Positions 48,610 through 57,933 of a DNA stretch of 64,000 nt are shown one piece after another; position 1 is the stretch's first letter; each line of letters starts with the position of its first letter. The translations under genes were made by a program, and so were the position numbers. The notes below the pieces were generated by a model. That model was not told where the DNA came from, ran no database searches, and was given only the letters and a program-made list of their open reading frames with translations. Where the stretch lies: contig MHRT01000001.1 in the NCBI GenBank assembly GCA_001821055.1, positions 27,868-91,867 of the forward strand, read 5' to 3'. Origin of the DNA: Candidatus Taylorbacteria bacterium RIFCSPHIGHO2_12_FULL_45_16. Its GTDB lineage: Bacteria; Patescibacteriota; Minisyncoccia; Phycocordibacterales; PALSA-1337.

Positions 48610-49431
48610 TTAATTATTTATGGTGTTTGTAGTAGTCGCATTGCCTACACCCAAGGCTTTGGCCACGGCCCGGACCACATCAACTAGGGCTTTGTGGGCA
48701 TCTTTGATGGCAATGATGGCGACATTGCCGAATTCACGAGGTTTGATGAGGTCAATAGCGGTGGCGGCCGCGGCACTGTCGGTTGATTCTACGGGTGTAT
48801 AGGATTCCAGTTTTCTGACTGCATTTCCGGCGACGATTATTTTTTCATCAGCGATAATCAGAAGTCTCTTGGCTTCTATCATATTTTTGCCTTCGGAAGT
48901 GGATTTCTCAATACGAGAGTTGATGCGCTCACGGATCTGTTTCAAGTTATGAAGCGAAACATTGAGCTGTTTGATAATCGCTTCTTTGCGGACTTTAAAT
49001 ATGTCTAAGCGCATATCTTTACGGATTTCCCGGCGTTCCATAGTGCTGGAAGCCTCTCTGATGTTCTCCCGAGTTTCCTTGAGAATATCGCTGACATCTT
49101 CACGACGATCATCGCGAATGTCCTTGCGGACCTCGAGAATTTTTGGCTTGGTGGAAGAAGCGATCTTGTTTTCGAGGAGCTTCTTGTTCTTAAGTTCCAG
49201 CTCCTTTCTAGCGTTTTCGCCGTTGACGCGGAGCTGTTCGCGAAGAGCTGCCGGATTTGACATGCCGGGCTTTGGAATTGGAAGAGGTGTTTTGAGGCGA
49301 GTGTCAACGTTTGCCGAAGTCGACGAATCGACTGTCGTATCGCTAGCTCCTTCTTCGGCGCGCACGATTGCTGGCAGAACGGCGATGATGGCCAGAAGAA
49401 CAATGGCATATAAGTAGTAGTGTTTTTTCAT
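48610..49431 (-). CDS. Exported coiled-coil protein
   Basis: Signal peptide VRA; charged helical repeats. Confidence 0.75.
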   Translation of the reverse strand: MKKHYYLYAIVLLAIIAVLPAIVRAEEGASDTTVDSSTSANVDTRLKTPLPIPKPGMSNPAALREQLRVNGENARKELELKNKKLLENKIASSTKPKILEVRKDIRDDRREDVSDILKETRENIREASSTMERREIRKDMRLDIFKVRKEAIIKQLNVSLHNLKQIRERINSRIEKSTSEGKNMIEAKRLLIIADEKIIVAGNAVRKLESYTPVESTDSAAAATAIDLIKPREFGNVAIIAIKDAHKALVDVVRAVAKALGVGNATTTNTINN

Positions 49432-49543
49432 GGTTATGTTTTTATTGGTAAACAGCCGTGATTGCTCACGATAGTATGAATTATATCATGCTTTTGTATG
49501 TCGTGGAACTAGTCAAAAATTATTTTTGGTATAAACTTATGGC

Positions 49544-50059
49544 ATGAATAACGAAATTCTACAGACAATCAGCTCGATTTTCGCTCTGATAGGCGTACCA
49601 GCTACGATAGCGGGCTTTATTTACGTAGGCCGCAAGCTACAAGTCCTCGATACTCTCGCCGAGGACATGGGGAAGGTGAAGCACAACCTCAAAGTCGTCA
49701 CGGATTACCTTACTCGTTATCATCTTCGATTTGATCCCGGCAATCTCAAGGCATTGAGCCCTATCAGTCTGACTGACCAAGGCAATGATTTCATTAAAGA
49801 GCTTGGATTCGATGAGGTATTTGAACAAAACAAAAATGATTTCTTCAATTTCATTGATTCCGAGAACCCAAAATTCAAGTATGATGTTGAGTTGTCAGCG
49901 ATAAAATCGGTATTTTCTCTGGCTGACAGGGATTATATGAGTTTCCTAAAGATTTATCTCTACAACAACCCGAGTCGCACCATCAACGATACAGCACCGA
50001 CGCTGGGAATTTATGTGAGGGACAAGTATCTGGCGGAACATTCGGAGATCAAGGAATAA
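49544..50059 (+). CDS. Hypothetical membrane-anchored protein
   Basis: N-terminal TM; SPISLTDQG...GIYVRDKY. Confidence 0.7.
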   Translation: MNNEILQTISSIFALIGVPATIAGFIYVGRKLQVLDTLAEDMGKVKHNLKVVTDYLTRYHLRFDPGNLKALSPISLTDQGNDFIKELGFDEVFEQNKNDFFNFIDSENPKFKYDVELSAIKSVFSLADRDYMSFLKIYLYNNPSRTINDTAPTLGIYVRDKYLAEHSEIKE

Positions 50060-50123
50060 AAAAGTCCCACCATACTTGATTCGGGTGGGTTTGGGGAGTT
50101 GGGGAGAATATGACTGTAGCGAC

Positions 50124-50984
50124 CTACAGTTTTCCCGGCCTTTTCCAATTCTCCTCTGCGAAGTAGCCAACAAACAAAGGGTGATGGAAACTGGAACGAT
50201 TGACCCACAGAAGGAAGGGCTTGTCGATTACCAACGGTGGATCAGATGGTGTGCAACACAGCAGACGTATTCCCATAGAGGCTGCACTTTCGACCTTGGC
50301 TCCGAGCTCGTTCATCCTGAACTTGGTTTGCTGAAGAGCTTGCTCGATGACCCATGGTCCAGCGGAGCTTGTCAGTTTCATACCTTCCATCCAGGAAATA
50401 TCAATTTCCCTGTTGTAATCAATCATCGGGAAGATCGCTCCATCGAATTCCATAGCCGGCTTCATTTCAGTTGAGATGACACCTATCAGCTCCAGCAAGT
50501 CGAACCCAACTGGTGGTTCGCTGAGGATGGTCATTGACACGATGTCTCCATTCTTCGCCTTGACTGAAAGTATGGGGTTATTGGAATGCTTTGACCTGAA
50601 GAAAGAAACACCAGCCTCCAGATAGACAGCAGGGTACATCCTGTTCCTGATGCTAGTAATCCTTCCCGGCTTAATCCACTCGAGAAAAAGCTTGAAGACG
50701 CTAGCGACACCGAAACTTTTGGAGCTCTTCTTGAACTCCTCCAGTTTGATCTGAAAGCCCCGCTCCTCCAAGAATTCATTGATAGTCGAGACGCTTTCCG
50801 ATGCTACTGACTCGATTTCTGGAAGAGCACAGATCTCGCCTCTAGCTCTCATGTAGTATTCCCGGATGAATCTTCTTTGGTCTTTGGTTTGTGGCTGCCA
50901 ATCATCAGAACTGGCACTAGCCATGCTTTCTGCGGCAATGAGACAACCACCGATCGGAGGCAGACATACTGTCATAGTTTTCAT
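50124..50984 (-). CDS. Truncated serpin-like protein
   Basis: QTKFRMNELGAKVESAA (hinge), LVIDKPFLLWV, PLFVG. Confidence 0.65.
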   Translation of the reverse strand: MKTMTVCLPPIGGCLIAAESMASASSDDWQPQTKDQRRFIREYYMRARGEICALPEIESVASESVSTINEFLEERGFQIKLEEFKKSSKSFGVASVFKLFLEWIKPGRITSIRNRMYPAVYLEAGVSFFRSKHSNNPILSVKAKNGDIVSMTILSEPPVGFDLLELIGVISTEMKPAMEFDGAIFPMIDYNREIDISWMEGMKLTSSAGPWVIEQALQQTKFRMNELGAKVESAASMGIRLLCCTPSDPPLVIDKPFLLWVNRSSFHHPLFVGYFAEENWKRPGKL

Positions 50985-51119
50985 TTCAGTTTCCTATTCT
51001 GTTGCAAAAGTTCACTGCTACACATGCAGTTTTATCATAAGTAGATACATTAGTCAACAAAAACAAAAAAGCCGACCAACTTGGCCGACTTTTTCGCGTG
51101 TTTTTAATTTTTCCAATCA

Positions 51120-53117
51120 CTACACCAAGAACGCCACGATCAACAGCGCCACGATGTTCAAAATCTTGATCATCGGATTGATAGCCGGACCGGCAGTGTC
51201 TTTGTACGGATCGCCGACGGTGTCGCCTGTAACGGCAGCCTTGTGGGCATCGGAGCCTTTGCCGCCATGGGCGCCACCTTCAATATGTTTTTTGGCATTG
51301 TCCCAGGCGCCACCACCTGATGTCATAGAGATGGCCACGAAGAGACCTGTGACTATTGAGCCGACTAAGAGACCGCCGAGAGCAACTGGACCAAGGATGA
51401 AACCAACCAGGATAGGAGCGAGAACAGGGATGAGGGCTGGGATGATCATTTCTTTAATTGCAGCTGAAGTCACGATATCTACACAGCGGGCATAATCAGG
51501 CTTGGCGGTTCCTTGCATGATACCTTTGATCTCACGGAATTGGCGACGGACTTCCTCAACGACTTTGCCAGCGGCCTTGCCAACAGCTTCCATGGAGAGA
51601 GCGGCAAAGTAATATGGCAGAAGTCCGCCAATGAACAGGCCGACAATAATCAATGGGTCGCTCAAATCAAAAGCCATGTCCGGAACGAGATGCGTATATT
51701 CCGCGAAAAGAACGAGAGCGGCCAAGCCGGCGGATCCGATGGCATAGCCCTTGGTGACGGCCTTTGTTGTATTTCCTACTGCGTCTAATGGGTCGGTCAC
51801 ATCGCGGATTTCCTGTGGAAGATGTGCCATTTCAGCGATACCACCAGCGTTATCGGTGATGGGTCCATAAGCATCAATGGCCACGATAATCCCAGCCATC
51901 GAGAGCATAGACATGGCTGCAACAGCAACTCCATAAATTCCGGCGAAATAATAGGCAGCTAGGATTCCAGCCACAATAGTGAGAAGTGGCCAGGCGGTTG
52001 CCTTCATTGAAATGGCTAGACCTTGGATGATGTTGGTTCCATGTCCGGAGACTGAAGCGTTGGCGATGGATTTTACCGGAGCATATTTAGTTGAAGTGTA
52101 GTATTCGGTGATCACCACTAAAAGTGCAGTAACAATGAGACCAACAAGAGTACAACCGAAGAGGTTGGCGACACTATATGTTCCATTTTCGCCCATGATC
52201 CAAGAAGTAATAGGGTAAAAGATGATGGCAGCCAGAACGCCGGCAACTGTCAAGCCTTTGTACATGGCACCCATGATATTTGGCGTCACGCCCTCCTTTG
52301 TTTTACTCATGCGGACGAACCAGGTGCCGATAATGGAAGCGATGATGGCGATACCGCCTAGAGCCAATGGGTACATTAGTGCGCCATCAAATCCTTTGAA
52401 GAGGGAAGCGCCAAGCATCATAGTGGCAATCGTGGTGACGGCATAAGTCTCAAAAAGGTCCGCAGCCATGCCCGCGCAGTCTCCAACATTGTCTCCAACA
52501 TTGTCAGCGATGACTCCGGGATTTCTCGGATCATCTTCCGGAATGCCGGCCTCAACTTTTCCCACAAGGTCAGTGCCGACATCGGCGGCCTTGGTGAAAA
52601 TGCCTCCGCCGAGACGAGCGAAGACGGAAATGAGAGAAGCGCCAAAGGCCAGACCGACGAGTGAGGAGACGTCTTGGGTGATGGTATAGAACACAGTTAC
52701 ACCGAGAAGTGCCAGACCGACAACGAAAAGACCGGTGACAGCTCCGCCATTGAAGGCCAGTGAAAGTGCCGCGCCGAGACCTTTGCGAGCCGCTTCGGTA
52801 GTGCGGATGTTGGAACGGACAGAAACATTCATGCCGATGTAGCCGGCGAGTGCCGACAAGACGGCTCCGACGATGAATCCGACGGCAATAGTAATGCCCA
52901 GAGTCAACCAGAGAACGATGAAAAGGACCACGGCAATCAGGGTGATGGTTTTGTACTGTCTGTTCAAATAAGCTTTGGCACCGGCTTGAATAGCAGCGGC
53001 AATTTCTTTCATTTTGTCATTGCCTGTCGGCTTCTTCATGATCGAAGAGATCAAAAATGTGCCATAGCCGAGAGCGAGACCCGAGCTGATAAGGGCGAAC
53101 CAGATGTAGATGGACAT
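51120..53117 (-). CDS. hppA: Membrane proton-translocating pyrophosphatase (K+-independent type)
   Basis: [45 protein letters not shown]. Confidence 0.97.
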   Translation of the reverse strand: MSIYIWFALISSGLALGYGTFLISSIMKKPTGNDKMKEIAAAIQAGAKAYLNRQYKTITLIAVVLFIVLWLTLGITIAVGFIVGAVLSALAGYIGMNVSVRSNIRTTEAARKGLGAALSLAFNGGAVTGLFVVGLALLGVTVFYTITQDVSSLVGLAFGASLISVFARLGGGIFTKAADVGTDLVGKVEAGIPEDDPRNPGVIADNVGDNVGDCAGMAADLFETYAVTTIATMMLGASLFKGFDGALMYPLALGGIAIIASIIGTWFVRMSKTKEGVTPNIMGAMYKGLTVAGVLAAIIFYPITSWIMGENGTYSVANLFGCTLVGLIVTALLVVITEYYTSTKYAPVKSIANASVSGHGTNIIQGLAISMKATAWPLLTIVAGILAAYYFAGIYGVAVAAMSMLSMAGIIVAIDAYGPITDNAGGIAEMAHLPQEIRDVTDPLDAVGNTTKAVTKGYAIGSAGLAALVLFAEYTHLVPDMAFDLSDPLIIVGLFIGGLLPYYFAALSMEAVGKAAGKVVEEVRRQFREIKGIMQGTAKPDYARCVDIVTSAAIKEMIIPALIPVLAPILVGFILGPVALGGLLVGSIVTGLFVAISMTSGGGAWDNAKKHIEGGAHGGKGSDAHKAAVTGDTVGDPYKDTAGPAINPMIKILNIVALLIVAFLV

Positions 53118-53489
53118 GGGTGTGTGACGTTGATTTTAGTAAGGACTTCTAATATTTTTACAATGGGTCAAATATAGAGTAAAAATTGTGTTTATGCAAG
53201 GAAAGGACATTTTATGGTGCGTGTTCATTTGCTTGACGTTAGAAATCTTTTTGTGTAGGCTTGCGGTAAGGGTTATTTGCTGGATAGAGGGGGATGAAAG
53301 CTCTTGTTGCAATAGTCAAAAGTACACTGGCTTGGTAGCAACAATAAACCATTTGAGACTGTGGCGTATCCGCATTCGATTTTGGGAGCATGTTAATAAC
53401 CACGCCCTCACTTACGAAAGTTTCACGTCCTGCCGAGAAGGATCGCGGAAAACCCGATGGCGTGTCCCATAAGGAGCGCCATTTTTATT

Positions 53490-53780
53490 TTACGCCAATC
53501 TGACTTCCTTTCCGAAAACCTTGGCGATGCGATAGAGGGTAGTGAGTGTAAATGAGTGTCGGCCGCTCTCGAGGCGGGCAATAACAGACTGGGGCATGCC
53601 AGCCTTCTTGGCGAGAGTAGCTTGGCTCATCTTCTTGGCTTGGCGTGCTTCGCGGATCTGTCGGATCATGCTGTGACGTATGAGGCTTTCCTCGTGTGCT
53701 TTGCGAAAAGCTGGAGATTTCAAGTGTTTTGCTAACACTTCTTCCCACGTATATAGTTTGTGATCGCCGATAATTTTCAT
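53490..53780 (-). CDS. HigA-like HTH antitoxin
   Basis: R....MSQATLA...QSVIARLESG; downstream of toxin. Confidence 0.88.
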   Translation of the reverse strand: MKIIGDHKLYTWEEVLAKHLKSPAFRKAHEESLIRHSMIRQIREARQAKKMSQATLAKKAGMPQSVIARLESGRHSFTLTTLYRIAKVFGKEVRLA

Positions 53781-54094
53781 ATTATTTTTTTATTAATTTC
53801 CTTTAATAATAAGGCGTATAGTTTTTGTGCCATCTTGACTTCATTTCGGGGAGTTTTTACAGTTTTCTTTTGGAATGCAGTTAGTATATACACAGTTGAA
53901 TATTCAATACAAAACAAAACTCTGTAGGAACTTACTCGCAACTCTTTTATGGGTCCCCTGACTTCTTTTAAATATATTTGCTCAAAGTTTTCATCACTCA
54001 ATGCAGTGATCGCTTCACGAATTTTGTGACGATTTTCGTTATCTAGTGAATCAAAAAACTCTCTAGGACGTTCGAACCATGATATATTCAGCAT
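53777..54094 (-). CDS. HigB/RelE (Gp49-like) toxin
   Basis: IKELRV..YRVLF....LTAFQKKT.KTP..E. Confidence 0.88.
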   Translation of the reverse strand: MLNISWFERPREFFDSLDNENRHKIREAITALSDENFEQIYLKEVRGPIKELRVSSYRVLFCIEYSTVYILTAFQKKTVKTPRNEVKMAQKLYALLLKEINKKII

Positions 54095-54156
54095 TTTTGT
54101 TGCCGGTGATATTCATGACAAGATATGCAGGTATCTTCCTTTGGCGCCTAGGAGTG

Positions 54157-54184
54157 AGTATAGCAAAATTGCTATATCTGTCAA
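54157..54184 (-). promoter_or_regulatory. higBA promoter with overlapping palindromic operator
   Basis: TTGACA-16-TATACT on the minus strand; TATAGCAA-AA-TTGCTATA at 54159-54176. Confidence 0.75.
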
Positions 54185-54231
54185 GGTTCATTTTTCGCTA
54201 TCCAACGAGCTGGGCTTATTTGTCACAAAAC

Positions 54232-54261
54232 TTGACAAAATGAGTTACAATGTGCTATAAT
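54232..54261 (+). promoter_or_regulatory. Consensus sigma70 promoter of the lysozyme gene
   Basis: TTGACA-18-(TGC)TATAAT. Confidence 0.75.
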
Positions 54262-54312
54262 ACTTAACTCATAGTCATCCTCGGTTCCTCAAGCCGGCAG
54301 AAAGGCTGACAT

Positions 54313-54753
54313 ATGAAAAGAGTACTTGTAGTAGTACTGCTCGTTGCAATAATGAACGTCACCGCAAACTGCGCCCCAGCTAGCAAGGCGCCTTCGGTAA
54401 ACCGGCTGATCGCCGCTCTGATCGAAGTGGAATCGCATGGAAACGACCAAGCGATCGGTGACAAACATATGAAGGAAAAGGCGTATGGGGCACTGCAAAT
54501 CCGCAAGCCCTGCGTTCTAGATGTGAATCAGCGCCTCGGTACCAAGCACCGTCCGGAAGACATGCTCGGTAACCGCTCCCTGTCAGTGAAAGTCTGTCGT
54601 ACATACCTTGAACGGTATGCGAACAGAAAAGCACTGGGGAGAGAGCCAACGTTAGAAGACTTGGCTCGCATATGGAATGGAGGACCTATGGGCTGGAGGA
54701 AGCAAAGTACCCTCGGCTATTGGTCCAAAGTAGAGAAGGCTCTGGAAAGATAG
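54313..54753 (+). CDS. Secreted lysozyme-like protein (i-type/destabilase or SLT-like)
   Basis: Signal peptide; LIEVES, G.LQI, ARIWNGGP.G...T.GYW.KV. Confidence 0.82.
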   Translation: MKRVLVVVLLVAIMNVTANCAPASKAPSVNRLIAALIEVESHGNDQAIGDKHMKEKAYGALQIRKPCVLDVNQRLGTKHRPEDMLGNRSLSVKVCRTYLERYANRKALGREPTLEDLARIWNGGPMGWRKQSTLGYWSKVEKALER

Positions 54754-54779
54754 AGCAAACTAGCATCCCGTTAATAGTC

Positions 54780-54822
54780 GCGCCGCCACCGAGTATCCTC
54801 GGGGCGGCGCTTTCACTTTTTT
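54780..54822 (+). terminator. Intrinsic terminator
   Basis: GCGCCGCC..CCGAG..CTCGGGGCGGCGC + TTTCACTTTTTT. Confidence 0.75.
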
Positions 54823-54848
54823 CAAAGAAGCGTTATAGTTTAGATATC

Positions 54849-55070
54849 ATGACGGACCTGAATAGACAATTTCTTTTGTTTCTGGGGAAAAATATTCGCC
54901 GGCTTCGCGAACACAGAAATATTTCGCAGGAGGAATTCGGTGAGATCGTAGGAGTGCACAGGACATATGTCGGTATGATTGAAAGAGGAGAGAAAAACAT
55001 CACTATTTTCAGTTTGAGAAAATTTGCCGAGGCGCTCGGCGTAAGAGTCAAGGACTTGATTGATTTCTAG
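54849..55070 (+). CDS. XRE-family HTH regulator
   Basis: GKNIRRLR...SQEE....HRTYVGMIERGEKNI. Confidence 0.9.
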   Translation: MTDLNRQFLLFLGKNIRRLREHRNISQEEFGEIVGVHRTYVGMIERGEKNITIFSLRKFAEALGVRVKDLIDF

Positions 55071-55423
55071 CGTTACTGGCGCTACTTATAGTTATCCACA
55101 GGTCAAGTTTGTGCAACCCTTGACTCTTTTTCGTAATTGGCTATGATATCCATAGATAGCGCTAACTATAGTATTCATAACGAATATGAGGCGCTAATGG
55201 AGAACTTCCTATGCCTGAAGGTAATTGTGACGGTGATGGTCAGAAAATAGTGAAGCTGAAGCTTCGTGGAGATGATTCGGATGACGAGCCACAGATTTGG
55301 CTATTCAAGACCGAACCTAAAGTGCCGCCTGACCGCAGATGATTTGCCTCAATGAGGTAGAGTCGCTGGGTATTTGATTCCCAGGGTTCGTTATAATAGC
55401 AACAACAATAGTTCCTTGATCTT

Positions 55424-55540
55424 ATGAAGATTACGGAGAATGGTTCTGGCGGTCACGGAAACGGCAATGCTGGTTCTGGTGGTCAATCCGGAGGTCACGG
55501 TGGCTCCTCGGGTGGAGGTAGCGGCATCCGTGGCAAGTAA
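55424..55540 (+). CDS. 38-aa glycine/serine-rich peptide (not in the ORF track)
   Basis: MKITENGSGGHGNGNAGSGGQSGGHGGSSGGGSGIRGK; upstream TATAAT, downstream hairpin. Confidence 0.45.
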   Translation: MKITENGSGGHGNGNAGSGGQSGGHGGSSGGGSGIRGK

Positions 55541-55580
55541 CAATCAAGGAGGAGTCTCAGGCTCCTCCCCCTTTAATTTT

Positions 55581-55934
55581 ATGAAGACAAAAATTACCAA
55601 AAATAAATATCCGCTGGTAAAAGTTGTTTGGCGCGATTCAAACATATACCGTCTGCAAGATTCGGTCGAATATGCTTTGGATAATTACGCCATTGAAATC
55701 ATCACTACTGTTGGTTTTCTTATTGGTTATCAGGACAAGAATCCTATACTTGTCAGGGATCTTTTGAATAAAAATATTGATCAGAGATGTTCTGTGGTCA
55801 TACCTGTAGAAAATATAGTGAATTTGGTGAAAGTAAAAATGGCAGGTGGTGGAGACGCTTACAATGATGATGGTTTAGCATGGTTACCAAAAACTGAGGC
55901 GAAGATATCTCCCAAACAAAAATCCCAAAGCTAG
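55581..55934 (+). CDS. Small phage-like beta-rich hypothetical protein
   Basis: V.VVWRDS...TVGFL...IP..NI pattern. Confidence 0.6.
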   Translation: MKTKITKNKYPLVKVVWRDSNIYRLQDSVEYALDNYAIEIITTVGFLIGYQDKNPILVRDLLNKNIDQRCSVVIPVENIVNLVKVKMAGGGDAYNDDGLAWLPKTEAKISPKQKSQS

Positions 55935-55948
55935 CTTTGGGATTTTTG
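55917..55948. terminator. Bidirectional terminator (perfect palindrome)
   Basis: CAAAAATCCCAAAGCTAGCTTTGGGATTTTTG. Confidence 0.75.
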
Positions 55949-55974
55949 TAGCTTTGGTCGGCTGGAGTGTTAGA

Positions 55975-57249
55975 TTATTCAGTAGTTTTTTCTTTATTTT
56001 CTTTCGCAGAAGTTTCCTTCACCTCTTCTTTCGATGCTTGAACCTTCTCGACTTTTTCGTCCGTCTCAGCGTTTTTTGTTTCAACTGATTCGGCGGCTAC
56101 TTCCTCTTCATTTTCCTCACCTTCATCATCCCCTTCATCTCCGGCGGACTTGATGTCTATCTTCCAGCCGGTGAGTTTGGCAGCGAGACGGACATTCTGA
56201 CCACCCTTGCCGATGGCCAGAGACTGCTCATCTTCGGTAACCGTGACGATGGCACGGTGAGCTTTCTCGTCCAATTCAATGGAAATAACCTCGGCAGGTG
56301 AGAGAGCTTCTTCAATAAAGAGGGCGGGATCCTCATTCCATTCAATAATGTCAATCTTTTCTCCTGACAATTCGCTGGTGACAGTGGAGACACGGACGCC
56401 GCGCTGACCGACCATGGAGCCAATGGGGTCAATGTGTGGATCATGGGAGACAACGGCAATCTTTGAGCGAGAACCGGCCTCGCGGGCAATGCCCTTGATT
56501 TCGACTGTACCAGAAGCGATCTCTGGAGCTTCAGTTTCAAAAAGTTTTGCCAGGAATTTTGGATGAGCTCGGGAAAGTTTGAGGACGATGCCCTTCGGAG
56601 TTTCCTCGACGGCATAGAGATATGCGCGAATGCGGTCGCCCGTCTTCCAACGCTCACTCGGGATTTGTTCTTCATAGGCAATCATTCCGACCGCGCGACC
56701 CATATTGATGTGAACGATGCCACGCTCGACGCGTTCCACGGTGCCGGCGACAATCTCGCCTTCCTTGGCGCCGTATTCACTCATGACTGAGACTTTCTCG
56801 GCCTCGCGGATCTTCTGAATGATGATCTGCTTGGCGGTCTGGGCGGCAATGCGACCGAAGTCAGCCTTCATCTCCAGAGGGAAGACGAGCTCTTCTCCGA
56901 TCTCTGCGTTCTTTTTGATCTTCTTGGCGTCTTCGATGAGCATGTGCTGTTCCGGATTGAAGCGAATCTTGATGTCATCAACATTGGCTTCCTTGAGATC
57001 GATCTCCTCTTCCTCGTCACCCTCCATGATGACTTGGTTGCGGTCAACAACGACTTTCACCTGCCAGAATTCCACTCCGCCGGTGTTCTGATCGAATGAG
57101 GCGCGGACAATCTGCCCCTTCTTGCCGTACTCTTTCTTGTAGGCGGTGGCCAGGGACATGGCGATAGCTTCGAGAGTCTTTTCGCGCGGAATGCCACGTT
57201 CTTCCTCGAGCTGCTGGACGACTGAATTTATTACTTTAAGGTCAAACAT
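55975..57249 (-). CDS. nusA: Transcription termination/antitermination factor NusA
   Basis: FGRIAAQTAKQ, AREAGSRSKIAV, LAIGKGGQNVRLAAKLTGW. Confidence 0.98.
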   Translation of the reverse strand: MFDLKVINSVVQQLEEERGIPREKTLEAIAMSLATAYKKEYGKKGQIVRASFDQNTGGVEFWQVKVVVDRNQVIMEGDEEEEIDLKEANVDDIKIRFNPEQHMLIEDAKKIKKNAEIGEELVFPLEMKADFGRIAAQTAKQIIIQKIREAEKVSVMSEYGAKEGEIVAGTVERVERGIVHINMGRAVGMIAYEEQIPSERWKTGDRIRAYLYAVEETPKGIVLKLSRAHPKFLAKLFETEAPEIASGTVEIKGIAREAGSRSKIAVVSHDPHIDPIGSMVGQRGVRVSTVTSELSGEKIDIIEWNEDPALFIEEALSPAEVISIELDEKAHRAIVTVTEDEQSLAIGKGGQNVRLAAKLTGWKIDIKSAGDEGDDEGEENEEEVAAESVETKNAETDEKVEKVQASKEEVKETSAKENKEKTTE

Positions 57250-57431
57250 ATATTTAGTTGTTATTGATTTGTTATTAAGTTTTGAAAAAAGTCCGCCGGT
57301 CTGGCGAACTAGTCATGGGGGAAGTGTAGCACGGTTTGGTGGTAGGCGCAAGACTAATTGGTTTCTACAATCTTGTCCCTCACCCACCATTGCTTTATCG
57401 GGAGCATACCTCTATAATCGAACCCAATATC

Positions 57432-57680
57432 ATGCCCACATTATTTGGAGAACAGCTGAAAAAAGAGAGAAAGAAAAAAGGTCTGACTGCTGGAGGGCTT
57501 TCCGTATTGTGGGGAGTTTCTCGTAGCTACATTACCTTGATCGAGACAGGCAAACGTCTGCCGGGGAAAAAACATATTTCTAAAATCGCGATTGCTTTGG
57601 GATTGAAGACTGGCATGGTTCTAAATTGGTATTTTGAGCACATCAGTCACAGCATACAAAGTCATTCAGACAACTCCTAA
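57432..57680 (+). CDS. XRE-family HTH regulator
   Basis: FGEQLKKER..GLT....SRSYITLIETGKR.P. Confidence 0.8.
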   Translation: MPTLFGEQLKKERKKKGLTAGGLSVLWGVSRSYITLIETGKRLPGKKHISKIAIALGLKTGMVLNWYFEHISHSIQSHSDNS

Positions 57681-57933
57681 CCCAAAGATAATATAGCTGT
57701 GTGGCATGCCAAATCTATATTCTGACCTGTAGATGACAATCTCCAGTTATAGTCATACGACTATGGCTCCGCTCGCATGATCGTGGGTTATCCACACATT
57801 GTAATGTTACAAATCTGTTACATTTGAGATATACTATCATCGGATTAGAAGCGCTTCTCGGTTATTTCCGGAATGAGCGGGTCGACTGCCACAGAGCATG
57901 TCGATTTCCATAACGACAGAACATCGAAATATC

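Noticed and set aside
55440-55580. N-terminal part of ORF 55440-55934
   Set aside because: Alternate-frame reading of the Gly-rich micro-ORF and hairpin; the plausible start is 55581
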